From NCBI GenBank assembly GCA_030704615.1, contig CM060732.1:33728001-33792000 (forward strand): a stretch of 64,000 bases of DNA. The letters run 5' to 3'. The notes beneath the pieces were generated by a model, which saw only the letters and a program-made list of their open reading frames with translations, made no database searches and was not told where the DNA came from. The stretch comes from Takakia lepidozioides (lineage: Eukaryota > Plantae > Bryophyta). The first letter of the stretch is position 1; each line of letters opens with the position of its first letter. The translations under genes were made by a program, and so were the position numbers. Shown piece by piece: positions 51,240-64,000 of this stretch.

Positions 51240-54200
51240 TTGGTCGGAGAGCGGATGGATGGGAATCCGGCGCCGGATTTCCATCCTGCCGGGTAGGGCG
51301 GGGTGCGAAATTTCCGCCACGCAGGTAATTCGGAGCGGATGGATGGAAATCCGGCGCCGAATTTCCATCCGGCAGGTAGGGCGGCGCGCAAAATTTGCGT
51401 CATGCAGGTAATTCGGAGCGGATCAGGATGGTAATTCGGCGCCGAATTTCCATCCAGTAGCTTACTTGGATCGCTGTCGGATGGAAATTTGGCGCCGAAT
51501 TTCCATTCGCCAGGTAAATCGAAGCGCCAAATTACCTTCCTGGAGGTAATTCTGAGCGTGGCCGTTGGTTTTTCGTAGAAAAACAAAGTAAACTTTTAGT
51601 TTTGTGGCTGTAGTCCACTTTTAGAGACGTTTTTCATGGAATCCTTGACTGCTAGAGGGAAATCCGAACTGTCGCGCACCTCACTTCGGTAAGCTCCCCC
51701 CTCAAGTCATAGTTACTCGCTTTGATGCGCGCGCCTGACTCCCAACCTGGCCGCCGGGCCAACTTGGAGCTTCGGCTGCTCACCGGGGCATAACGGTCCC
51801 CCTTTGTTCTCCCAAAGAACCCTCCACCTATTTGAAACCAGCGGGAATTCCCTTTGGTAGTTGGCAGTCCGGAACAGCTCCCCACTCTTTGGTCGCTTTC
51901 CGGCTCGCTCGCTTACTCACTAGTTTTTGGTCACCAACGGGCTTGCACCGTTCTCGGGGTTACTACTCCCTATATATACTTCTGTAGCTGTCTGCGGGGG
52001 TTTCACAACCAGCCATGCCATTTTATGGCGAACCACCACGAAGACCCTCGATTCCCGGTGGTGAGTCGCGGTGAGTCTTGGCCCACTCACCGCGGCCCCA
52101 ATGGACCGTGATGAGTCCCAAGACTCCCCACGACTCCCACCTCGAGGTCTCCACCCCATGGTGAGTCCTATGCCACCCCCACTAAGTCCCGCTAAGCTAC
52201 CACCACCCCTTGTGGAGCCACCCCCACCGCAACCCGGTGTGCGGGGCTCCACCTAGTGAGCGCCTCCGCCTCCTTGAGTGCCTTGGGCACTCAAGGGTGC
52301 TTCAGCCCCCATACCTATCGCTGCTACTGCCCCCACCACAGGGGCAGCCCCTCTTGTGTCCCGACCCCCTGCCCTCAAGGCAAAGGGCCGCGACACACAC
52401 CCCTACCAACAGGGAGTCGATGTCCTCATCGACTTGTCCATTTAGTGGAAACGAACATCCAAGTTGTGGCGTCCCACATCAAGGAGTTTGTTTCCGTACC
52501 ATGGCGTCCCATGGCAAAGAACCAAACCCCACACTTGACTCTACTCTCCACTAGCTAGTTCGGCCGACTTCCTCCAAGTCCCGGCCAAGGGTGGAGCCTC
52601 TCAAGCTCCTCCCAGTGCACTCTTCTTGGCCTACTTCAAGGCCAAGGAACGATCCTCCCCAAGGATCGAATCGCCTTACTGCAACAACATTGCTTGCGAC
52701 CGCTCATGATGCCGCTTTTGGCATCACCTTGAGCAAGGGTCCCCTGGAACCCTCTTTGACTAGGAAGATAACCTTGAACCAACCGTGCGCCCCAATCACT
52801 ACAATTGGGTCCGCCTTGGAATGCTGGCCTGAGGTACGGGAACACGCCGAAGCCGCACTACGACTTCGTCCCGAGGCTACACGATTATAGTACGTGAACG
52901 GAAGCACGTAGCTTCCGCGTTAGCCCGCACTACAAGGCAACCCCCTCGGTAGCGCAGTTATAGTACGTGCGCACCTGGCGGGGAAGAGGATTCATGGCGA
53001 GCTGACAAGAATATTCGCACGCTCCCTCGTGGTCCCGTGATGTTGCCCGAGGAGGTCTCGTCGAGCACCGCAAGTCCTGCACGTTCAAGATCGCCATCTC
53101 CTTTGAGCACAGGGCACGTGCCCGAGGAACATAACGAGCCATCTGTGGTAACGCAATACAACATACCCATTGTGGAGACAAGAGTGTCGGAGTCACAGTG
53201 GAGAATTGCAAGGACATTGCCGGCATTTCGAGGGAAGTGTTGCGCCATTCGGGTGGATACGAGAGCACGCTGTGGTGAGATGATTCGGAGGAACCCACAC
53301 GGTGCTGTACCTGCACCTTGTTTCAGCGGCAAATTTTTGACTCCCACATTTGCTCACGCCACAACGCAGACGTTTTGGTTCTGTAGGCACGACATAATGA
53401 CTTGTGTATTTGGCAAGCCCAAGTACGGGATTCAGGGAATGCCGGAGCCTCCGGGCGTCTGGCCTGTTGCACCGGGTTGCAGCCTCTCTCAGAATGAGGC
53501 GGATGCTCTATCTGCAGCAGGATTTCGAATGGTGCAACGCACAGACGTCCCGGCCCACGCATTTCCAGTTCCTGAGACCCAGCCATTGCAGACTGCTCGG
53601 TCCAGTAGAGACGGATTGGACAATTCTGCACATCCCACAATGCGATTCGGAAGAGTGAAGAGACGACACCCTCCCAACAAGTTGAATGAGACTCGGATTG
53701 CCAATGCTCTTGGGATGGCTTGCACTATTCAGAGCTCTGTGGACGTACCTCCACCCGGCCTTGGGCGTGTTTATCGGATGGCAACGGCCGGCTCGGCTGT
53801 ACGCGACGATGTATACACAATTACGATTGGAGTGGAGCCGACTTGCAATTGTACGGACTTCTCCTTGATGGAAGCAAAGAAGGGTTCAAAGTATTATCCG
53901 TGCAAGCATCTGTATTACATTTACCTGAAGAGGTTGAGGATGAACGTGACTATTAATGACTTTATTCATGCACCGGCGTTGAGCGTGAACGAGCTACACA
54001 AACTCCTCCTTAGGGATTCCAGAAATCATTGATGGGGCAACGGGAATCCTCCATATGGATATTTTCAATTGCATTTATGTATCAGACTTTTTTTTGCAGT
54101 GTAATGTAATGCACCCCAAAACTCCTGAAAAGAGACAATATTCCATTCAAACTGAGATCCAACAGAAGCAGTTGTGGGGCCATTTTTGGAAAAATGACGC

Positions 54201-54824
54201 TGGATTTCTCTATTTTGGGCCGAAAACTGGCTAAGTCCCAACATGCACTGGTACCCCTGTGTCAGGAAAAATGGCGCCGAATTTCCCTGTTTTGGGCCGA
54301 AAACTGGCTAAGTCCGAACATGCTCGGGAATGATGTTTGGAAAAATGGCGCCAAATTTCCAGTTACATGGCCCAGAATTGCCCACCATCTGTGCAATCCC
54401 CGGCACCATGTACCGAAATTCGGCGCCACATTTCCAAATTTTGGGCTTACACACCTGTCATGAGGGGACCTATAGCCGCGGAATTCGGCACCATTTTTTG
54501 CCAAAGAGACCTATTACCGCGAAATACGTCGCGATTCTTTCCGGTTACGGACCCTATTACCGCGAAATTCGGCGCCATTTTTGCACATGTCGCTGGGAAT
54601 TGGCATGAGCGGAAGACGAAATACCATGAGCACAACTCTCAAAACTACAATTTTCCCTTCAAGGTGCCAAATAATATATTTGTTTTTTCTGACACATTGC
54701 ATTAAATTAATGTTTTATAATGTTTTTTATTTTCGAAATTTGTACTTCTGCTCATGAAAACCGATTGTCTTGCTACTCCGCTCATGCCGCTCATGCCGCT
54801 CATGCTCATGAAATAGCTAACCTC
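51240..54824. mobile_element. Inverted left half of element B': array, transposase 3' exon, subterminal palindromes, terminus
   Basis: 51240-51668 is the reverse complement of ~1830-2300. Palindrome variants at 54265-54580; terminus GCTCATGAAATAGCTAACCTC ends at 54824. Confidence 0.75.
53037..54032 (+). pseudogene. C-terminal Cys-rich + SWIM part of the subfamily B transposase
   Basis: WRIART..KCCA..PAPCFSG..FWFCRHD..VWPV..AAGF..CNCTDF..PCKHLYYI..FIHAPALS; catalytic core absent. Confidence 0.82.
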
Positions 54825-56063
54825 CGTGAGAGGGTGTTCCGCATTGGGTTTTCAATGTTTGCATTTCCTTGTTGAAAAACAACAGTGATTACTTGTCCCT
54901 CTCCATTCCCGGTGGGCGCACACTTCCTCAATGCCGCCCTGTGTAAATGCCTTCTGCATTCGACGGAGCGGGATTCGAGGATTGCGATTGCGTGAGCCGG
55001 TGATGGGAGACATTATGGTGGAGTTGGACTTCAGTGAAGGTACACGCATGGTGACGAGTTTCCGAGCACTTCTGTGGGATTCTCTTTGGGTGAGGCCTGC
55101 CAGTGGACAACAGAGGATACTTGTTGTGCGATAGACCTGGAAGACGGAGTGTTCGTCTCTTCATCATGAGATGTTGCTGCGGCAAGTTGTGGAGGTCTTA
55201 CTACCATAACTATACTGCACCTCCATAGTATTCGCTCCCGGATAGGGCTCTTGAGTTGCTCACTCACTCTTCTGGGCCAGGGAATACTAAGGGAGAATCG
55301 GAACAGGTTTGTCCTGGATGTTTGCGAATTTCACGACGCTGTGGAGGAGGTCCCAATAGGAGGCCTCCAATATCTGCATGTTTTCACTAACGTGACCTCT
55401 ATAGATATCTTGTATCTTTATGTTCGCCATCTTAATCCAGAAAATGGCAATGCGCAGTGGACGACTACCACACCATGCCTAATTCTGGACCTGTGGTTCG
55501 AGGACTCGGTGGTTCGTGTTGTGGATGTCAACGCAGCAGCATAGCGCGGTTAGGATCATTGTGGAGGGTGATTGGAGGGCACAGGCTCCGGGATATGGTA
55601 GTTCCACAGGTTTCTTATGCCGCAGTGGTATTTTTGATGATGGAAGCTCGGAGTAGTCGCTGTACAAAATAAAAACTTGTGGTTGCCTGATGTTTTTATT
55701 TCGAGCGTCTATGGCAATTTTCTGTCATGTCAATGTGGGCTTGATGTTGAGTTGAATGGGGTTTGCAAGTTGAATTGTCGTCTGACCCTAAATATATTAC
55801 CTTGTCAGCACAATGGCTTGTGAGGGCTACAATTTTGTGTCTCTTTCCTGTCCTGCACAATGTTTTACAGTGGTGACGTGGAATAACGGCGCCGAAATAC
55901 CTCATTCCGCATCCTGGACCAGGAGAAACAGACCTTATTATTGAGGTATGAGGACATAACACCGTCAATAAAGGCACAAAAATTCCAATTCCGCGGATGC
56001 CCGCTCATGAGCTCATAGGCTCATAGGCTCATGGGCTCATGGGCTCATGAAATAGTAAACCTC
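54825..56063. mobile_element. Terminal fragment of a further family member ending GCTCATGAAATAGTAAACCTC
   Basis: GCTCAT repeats at 56003-56050; palindrome variant GGAATAACGGCGCCGAAATACC at ~55880. Confidence 0.6.
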
Positions 56064-56152
56064 AATGTCGGTGCCGCCATTCACTGTGATTTGAGAGGAG
56101 ACAGAGTGATGGTCGGTACGGACGTTCACTATTTGCACATTACTCACTGACA

Positions 56153-57845
56153 GATTGGAATGGCATCGTGCAGAAAACTGTGAAGTCCAAGCAGACAGGA
56201 ACAGAGGCAAAAGGTTCTGGAGATGGGGACGAGTCTGGCAAGAGCTCTAAGAATAGCGATGAAGCAGATGAACCTGAAGTGCACTACCTTGACAAGGTGA
56301 AAGAACTCATGTCATTCCAGAAGGTAAACTCTCAGGAGGTTATTAGGGACATGCTCATCTCTGGAGGGCGTTTGGACATCCCACTATGCCGGATGATATC
56401 TATGCCTATTGTGCGTCCCCCTCTTTCCCATGACATAACAAAATTGGAAACTGATTTCGTGCATGGATACAGACTTGGTGCACAAGTTTTTTATGTGTCA
56501 CTGACGGATACAAATGGGAAAAGCACATTAGTGTCTCCTGAGATCAGAGATACCTGGGATGAGTGCTGGAAGGATGTTAATGAGGAGTTCGAGCTGGGCC
56601 TCATGTTGGGAAGAAACACCCAACAATTCTGCAACCACATGTTCTACGTCTGGGACGGCAACCACCGATTGTTGGCATGGATGGGATACATTCAGAAACA
56701 TCATGCGAAAGAGAAAGACAAGCATGTTGTTGTAGAGGCAATGGTTTTGGATCCTGGAAACGACATCGCTAGGCTTCTTACAACTATGCATGACGTGAAC
56801 AAGTAAGTCAACCTAGAGACTTCATTGCCTCTCCAATGTCTTGTTAATCCCACCGAAAAACGATGTTTACCATTGTATTGTTTCCAATCTTATTGCAGAT
56901 CGACAGAGAAATCGCATTTGACAACAAGCTTGGTCCACACACTGTTCCGAATTCAGAGGATTGGTCTGATGAAGCTGGATGATTTTCGCACAGTACTCCA
57001 CCCCGATATAATCAAGAAGTGCGAAACAAGAAGAGCTGCAGGCATTTGGTATTCTTTGACTCGAGAGGCATTTCTGGAGTACATGTATGCGGTAAGGCCG
57101 AGCCTGTACTCACTTGTCTTTCTGAATACATGTTTGTATTTCGTTTTGTACTCATCCCTATTTTGATCAATGCAGCAAGAGCTGGCAGAGGTAGCTGAGA
57201 AGGGGAAATCCGAATACTACCGCACTACAACAGAGGAACTTAGGACATCAAAGGGTGTGGAAGCAACAATAAAGAAGGAGTATGAAATCTGCAGAACCAA
57301 ACTGATGTCCGCCTTCGGAAAGCAACTTAGAATAGTAGATCCTGGCCTTGGTGCTGAGTTCCTTCTGCAGATCAAATCTCAATATGACAAGCATGTGCAC
57401 CCGGAGATGCAGCAGGAGAAATTGCACCGGCTGGCCATCTCCATGGTCGACCCCCAAACCAAAATAAGGTGGCTGGAGATTTGGAACTTAGATCAGATAG
57501 TGAAGGACTTGAATCAGTTCCCAAAGAGCACTATACAGCCTGACACAAAGGTGGAAGGAATCAGTGACATTGTGTTTGACAACTGGCTTCACAAGGCTAC
57601 ATTTTGGAGTCAGGTATGTATTAAAAGAAATTCCATTTTTGTTGACTTCATGAATGTGATGAGTACCTTATTTGCAAAACTGACAAATGTACCATTTGCA
57701 GCTGGAGAAGCGCGCCACCATTGTGCTCGAGCAGACTTTGAAGGACTTGAACATTTCAATTGTTTCCCCGCCTCAAATGACATTGGAGGCATACATAAGG
57801 AAGTGGAGAGGTCTCACCTGGAGACCGAGAGTTCTCCAAGGACGG
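56153..57845 (+). pseudogene. ParB-MTase family gene fragment, subfamily A (copy A')
   Basis: Exons closely match 16294-14620 (FYVWDGNHRLLAW at ~56642); cut by the LTR at 57846. Confidence 0.88.
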
Positions 57846-59288
57846 TGTTAGAGGACTGCTTGGGACTTAGACGCTTTTATGGGATCTGTGGGGTACCCTT
57901 AATTTTTACACAGACTGAGACCAACAGGAGCCTTAGGGGTGACAGCAACAGGCTTTAGGGGGGGGAGATACACAGCCCAACACAGTCCATCACAGCCCGT
58001 CACAGTCCAACACAGCCAGTCACAGCCAACACAGCCCGTCACAGCTTCGCACAGCCGACACAGCCCGACACAACCAACACAGCCAGTCACAGTCAACATA
58101 GCCCGTCACAGTCCGACACAGCCCGACACAGCCCAACACAGTCGCATAGTCAGTCACAGCCCGACACAGTTTCACACAGCCAGTCACAGCTTGACACAGC
58201 TGTCACGACCATAGGGAACGGATAGCAGGACAGGGAACGACTGTGGGGAACAACATCTGCGAATGGAACATGTTAGTTCACGGATGACGGTTAGTAGGGA
58301 GTAGGAAGATAAAGCCAGGAGCGAGGACTGGAAAATGATCAATTCGAGGAGATCACTTCTTGGGGGAAATGAGGCAGAGAGGCATCTCTGAGGGGAAGGA
58401 GGGAGAGCACAGAGTAGGAGGAGGACGATCTGTTGATGCTTGATGAATGCAAGCAGTAGAGTTGTAATGTAGAGCAGATTAGAGACTCCATGGCTTCAGC
58501 CTGATACTTGATAGATATTAATCTGATACATACTTCATACTCAGACTGTGTAGAGAGATTTGAATGAAGCTGTGGAATGAATGGATGAATTGATGGAATC
58601 CGATAGATTGCTGAAGCAAACTGATACTTACTTACCAACAGTAAGGTAACTAGCTAACATGAATGCGGGAAGGAAAACAAATAGGAAACACCCCCATGAT
58701 ACACTAGCTGTAGGTCATGACTGATTGTTCTGAGCGGGCTGAGTGCTTAGAGATTTCGAACTCTTCTATCTTGGAGTTTCCGCCTCGGATAGCGAAGGGA
58801 TGGGTGAGTAAAAGCCGCGCGACATTTGGCGACCATACTGGGGAACTGGGTCATGAACAACCAGATGTGACAGACATCTGGTGGGATCATGGTGGTTGGA
58901 GAATTAAAGAATTTGATGTGAATCAAATTCCTTGTGAAACTGAGAAGGAAAGATTGTCCAAACGATTCTTTCAGAGGTTCTTGGAATTGCCAGACGGTTG
59001 TAAAGAAAACATTCTTAAGAGAGTGCATGATGCTGACCCTGAATGGGGTCTGGAGAAAGGAGTGATAAAGATTTATCAGGTGGCCTGTAGAGGAAGAGCA
59101 CGTTGGTTACCAACACTGGTTTATGTGATAGCATTGCTATCCATTAAGCGAGTAGAGTTTGAAGGCTGGGAGGAAAGAAAGGTGAATGTTTATACTCATA
59201 TGCATGAAGAGCTTGTACTGGTAAAGAATTGGATTCCAAAGGATATTTTGTGGATCAAACTCACACCAAGAACAGCTTTCCAGACTTG
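57846..59288 (+). mobile_element. Gypsy G4: 5' LTR (57846-58824), PBS and upstream ORF; probably the 5' half of G3
   Basis: Ends at ..CCAGACTTG, exactly where G3 resumes (TTTGCCATATGG on the minus strand at ~51229). Confidence 0.85.
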
Positions 59289-62200
59289 GAAATCCGGCGC
59301 CGGATTTCCATCCATCCGCTCCGAATTACCTGCGTGGCGGAAATTTCGCGCCCCGCCCTACCTCGGCAGGATGAAAATCCGGCGCCGGATTTCCATCCAT
59401 CCGCTCCGAATTACCTGCTTGGCGGAAATTTCGCGCGCCGCCCTACCTGACAGGATGGAAATCTGGCGCCGGATTTCCATCCATCCGGCTCCGAATTACC
59501 TGCGTGGCGGAAATTTCGCGCGCCGCCCTTCCTGGTAGGATGGAAATTCGGCGCTGAATTTCCATCCTGCTGCTCTCCAAATTACCTGCATGAGGGAAAT
59601 TTTGCGCGCCGCCGTACCTGGCGGATGGGCATTAAATGTCCACCGCCGTCCGTTTTTATTTGGGCTGGTGACACATGGCTTCCTCGATACGTACCCTAAA
59701 TCTGATGCTAATCTTGGATTAACTTCTATTCGAGGCATGTACCCCAAAAAACTGAGATCTTTTTCCATTTTGGCTGGGACTTATGCCGCCTGAAGGGCGT
59801 GGCTCTCCTGAGAGAGACCTCACATCCAGACCGCGGCGGAAGTTGAAAGCTTTGTACTACAGACGACGGCCAATCTCTCGCATGGCCAAACTTAAGCTCC
59901 AGCAGGAGATTCCAGTGTCTTGCTCACAACCCGCGCCAACTTAAGCCGAGTACTCTCAGGCAAGCCACTTCTGCTTTCGCTTTGTTCGCTTTCGCTTTTG
60001 CTTTTGCTTTCGCTTTCGCTTTGTTGTTTCGCTTTGTTTTTGCATCTTCATCCTGTTATCGCTGGAAGCATGTCATTCTTAGGCATTGGTTGGATTTGTT
60101 TTCATTGTTGTTCCATGGCACTCCATACTTCCTAAACTTGTTTTGTTTTCATTGTTGTTCCACGATTGTTGCTATGGTGGTTGCGCTGCTCGTTGCCATT
60201 CTGGTTTTGGCACCGATGTTGGTTCTGACGATTTTGGGAATGACAGAGTGACGACGAGCCCAGCACGTTGGTGGTATCATCGACCGCTCCAACTCATCGC
60301 ATGTTTGAATCGCCCAACTTGGGGCGAGAGGGCAAACTTCAACTTTTTGTTGGTGGACGGGAGGACCTGCAGCGAGGGTACGACAGAATAGGCATTGGGG
60401 AGGTTGGTGCAGGCGGCATGGCAATTGAAGGACGTGAGGACGTGAGGACAGCAGATCCGGCAATGGAGGTTGTTGATGCACATGCAGTAGGGCCCGCCCA
60501 CGCAAAGAAGAAGAAGAAAGCTAAGCACATGCAATCCCCGGCGAGAGAGCCGTCACGGGCTGCGGAGGGGGGAGTGAGCAGTGCGCGCGAGGGTGTTCCT
60601 TCTCCTCAATCAAAGGTGGTCGTCCTGGAGGGCTCCCCTGCTGCTAGCCCTAGTAAGAAACAGAAAGCCCATGAGAGGGCAAAAGAGAGGGCAAAAGAAC
60701 AGGCGAGACAGAAGGCTAGCCAGGAGGAAAGAGAAAAGGCCACTGAAGAGGCCAGGGGTGCCCAAATGACAGATGCCAATGTAAGCGAGGGACGCACAGA
60801 CACGGTGGATCCCTCCAAGACACCACAAAGAGGCAGTAACACACCGGTTACACCATCGCGGACAAGAGCAGCCCCCGCAATTACCCATACGGTGGAGAGT
60901 GGAGGAGAGGAAAGAACACCACAAAGAGTACGGATTGTGCAAGTTCGAGGTGAAGCCGGGGAGATGGCAGTAGAGACAGGGAGAGTGCTCGAGGTGGTTT
61001 CGCTGGTGGTTCACCATGTTGAGGAGGATGACACCGAGCTTTCTGACCAGGATGACATCCTCCCGGACATCCCCAGGCCCCAAACCCGCATCATACAGGC
61101 TGGATTTGGCGGTCCTGGTGGGCTGCCGGAGAACCCCTCTGCAGCAGACGTCATGTCCAAGGCGGATATGAAGTTGGCCGCTGCCAAGATGTTGGAGGCA
61201 ACCCACAGCAACATTGGCAGGGTGCTGGGGGGCATGGTGTACCCGGCCAAGCTTCGAACTCCCCTTTGCCGCTTGGTGTCTTTGCAGGTGGTGAGACCTG
61301 CCCTCCCAGGCGATATCGGCAAGCTGAAATTCTCTTTCCGGGATGGATATCGAATGGGGTTTGGCGCGTTTTAGTTTCCATTGAGAACGACCACGGAGCT
61401 TCCCGTGCCCACACTTCCGATGAGGTGGACAAATGGGGTCCCCATTGGCAAAGGCGAAATGAGGAGTTCGAGAGATCGATTGTTACTGATCCTCTTTTCC
61501 AGCACTTGTCCGGGAAGATGTTTTACGTGTGGGACGGCAATCATCGCCTCCTGGCATGGATGGAGCACATAGCCAAAGCCCACCCCAACGACCTCGATTG
61601 GCATTTCACTGTGGAGTGTGTTGTGTTGAAGGTTGCGGGGCCCAAAGATCGCAGTCTTCTCAAAGCTGCAATGGCGGACATCAACTCGTAAGTTACAACG
61701 CCTCTTGCTTTTGGACCCATCCGATTGTAAGTCATTTCATTGCGAATCCTCATATTTGTTGTAAATTCCCATTTCAGAATTGTTTGATGGAAATGTGGCA
61801 TTGCAGGGTGACTGAGAATGCCTTCATTGCCACCAACTTGTCCCATATGCTCTTCCGAGTGAAGGATGTCGGGAAGCAGGGTGTGCAAGAGTTTGCCAAT
61901 TCGCTCAGTGCCGACCTCCTGCGCAAGTCGGAGGCAAAGGCAGACAGAACCTGGTATAGGCTGAGCATGGACGCCATGGTGGACTACATATTTTGGGTAA
62001 AGCTCCTGACTGTTTTGTTGAGCTAATCTGTCTCTCCTCCCCCAATAGAAGAAAAAGTGTTGAGCAGGATCTCTAATCTTATGTGTGCATTCTTGACAGA
62101 CGAAAATTCAGCAGGATTTGGCACATGCGCGGAGGTTCTACATGGAGTCAGAGGAGAAGAATCTAACCCTCCCGGCACTCGAATCGTATCTCAAAGCTGC

Positions 62201-64000
62201 GGAGGTGAGGGCCCGCATAAAGTACAAGTCGCGGATGGTAAAGTACGTGGCCATAGCTGATCCCGCCCTTGGTGCCGACTTTCTGGTGGAGGTGGGGAAG
62301 CACTACTCCCGCGCTCTGAAGCCCACGATGACATTGGAGAAGCTCCATCATCTAGCCACATCCTGTGTGGATGGTGCAGAAAAGGTGATACATTCTTAAC
62401 CAAATTGTGGTGGCAACAACTCGTTTTTGTGGTGTTTGGCGCTTACGAATATGCTGGGTGGTTGGACAGACCTGGTGGCTCCAAATCTGGAATGGTTCCC
62501 AAAGTACAAGGGACATGTGGAGCTTCCCCAAACCGGACAAACTGTCTGACCCCACATTCGACATGTGGATGAACTGCATGACATGGTGGTTTCAGGTACT
62601 TCCCCACGCTTCGTTTGGCGCTTCTACTCTTGTAGGGGGTGGATTCATTGTATTTTTTCAGCAATGCGATCTGATGGAGAATCTCCACAGGTGACGACAA
62701 ATGCGCAAGAGCAGCTGGATACACAAGCACATCAGTTCAAGATGGAGATTTCTCCTGCAGCAGAGAGCCTACGCGACTATGTGACGAGGTACTTTCTGCT
62801 CTACAAAACCGACCTATTCTTTCGGGAGATACCACATGCCCGCCGGAGCCACGAGTTCACCGACCAGCCGAACGCGGACAAAGCAGCAATGCGCCTTCTG
62901 TACAGGTACATACGCGATGCCTTCCTTTCAGTCCTTGCATTTTTCGCCGAATTTCCAGATCAGGGCTCCGAAAATGGCTAAGTCCCTAGGGTGGCTGGCC
63001 CTGAACTGGAAATTCGGCGCCATTTTTCCAGGTCAAGGCCATATCATTTTCGGGCCGGACCTTGGAAAATGGCGCCGACTTTCCAGTCAGGGCTCCGTAA
63101 ATGGCTTAAGTCCCTAGGGTGGCTGGCCCTGAACTGGAAATTCGGCGCCATTTTTCCAGTTCTGGGCCCTATTGCCTTTGTGGGACTTAGCCATTTTCGG
63201 GCCGGACCTGGGAAAATGGCGCCGAATTTCCAGTCAGGGCTCCGAAAATGGCTAAGTCCCTAGGGTGGCTGGCCCTGAACTGGAAATTCGGCGCCATTTT
63301 TCCAGTTCTGGGCCCTATTGCCGTTCTGGGACTTAGCCATCTTCGGGCCAAACCGGGAAAAATGGTGCCGAATTTCCAGTTCAGGGCTCCCAAGATGGCT
63401 AAGTCCCTAGGGTGGCAGTCACCGAAAACCGAAATTCGGCGCCATTTTTCCATTTCTAGGCCTAGTCAGATCCGCCCCAACCTGGGAAAATGGTGCCGAA
63501 TTTGCAGTTCAGGGACCTCATTGTGTTTTTCATGAATGCAGATACTGCAAGTTCCTTTTGGAGAAAGGTCATCTGTCTTTCGAGCCACCATTCTTCCTGG
63601 CATGGAGGAACCCTGGGGCTGACTCCATGTACACTGACGATATTGTGAAGGAGTGGCATCTGGAACATTTGCGTGATTGCCCTTGGTATGTGGACCTTCC
63701 GCCCGACATGCTCGACCCATCCGAGTTTCAATTGAAGCTGGATGTTGAGGCCCGACGAAACCGGGCTCCGCTGCCTCCGCTGGGTGCAAAAGAGGCAAAA
63801 GCGCTTGCGAACTCCAGGAAAGCGGCAGAGCTTGCTCAGGCAGGAATTCAGGAGAAATTGAATGAGAAGAGTAAAGGCCAAAGGAAAAGGACAAGGAAAC
63901 AGGTGAGTGCAGTAACACCCAAAAAACAGAAAACCATCGGGGCATCGGAGCAGGCACAGGAGGGGACCCAAGAGAGTGACTCGGACGACGACTTTGTTCA
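59289..64000 (+). mobile_element. Right half of element B' (84-bp array + ParB-MTase gene), running off the window
   Basis: Near-identical by eye to ~2270-7230. Confidence 0.85.
60268..64000 (+). pseudogene. ParB-MTase family gene, copy B' (frameshift near 61372; incomplete)
   Basis: FYVWDGNHRLLAW at ~61521; same introns as copy B; intronic array at 62940-63510. Confidence 0.8.

Noticed and set aside
37789-56063. Perfect 21-bp inverted pair as the ends of one 18-kb element
   Set aside because: No TSD (GCCACCGAT versus AATGTCGGT), the flanks belong to different subfamilies, a gap intervenes, and 56063 lies within the inversion.

Overview
This is eukaryotic repeat DNA with GT-AG introns, probably from a non-seed land plant (host is an inference). 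No recognisable host gene is present. The window is a nest of two element types. (1) A Mutator/MULE-like DNA transposon family with several diverged subfamilies. Each pairs a GCM/WRKY-like Zn + DDE + SWIM transposase head-to-head with a multi-exon gene encoding a ParB/Srx-like domain (FYVWDGNHRLLA) and a beta-class amino-DNA-methyltransferase-like C-terminus (ILDIPDG ... LDLxxxTG). One copy (11790-22035) is bounded by a perfect 9-bp TSD (CCCTGTGAA) and imperfect TIRs and has an intact two-exon transposase. Each subfamily carries arrays of its own 22-bp palindrome on a shared GAA-N3-CG-N4-CG-N3-TTC skeleton, between the two genes and inside one homologous intron. This resembles a ParB/parS-like or VANDAL/VANC-like self-recognition module (hypothesis). 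(2) Pieces of one Ty3/gypsy LTR retrotransposon family with extra ORFs. Also present are an ~8-kb inversion (51230-59288), a ~345-bp micro-inversion and a 500-N gap. All calls are by eye; no searches were run.
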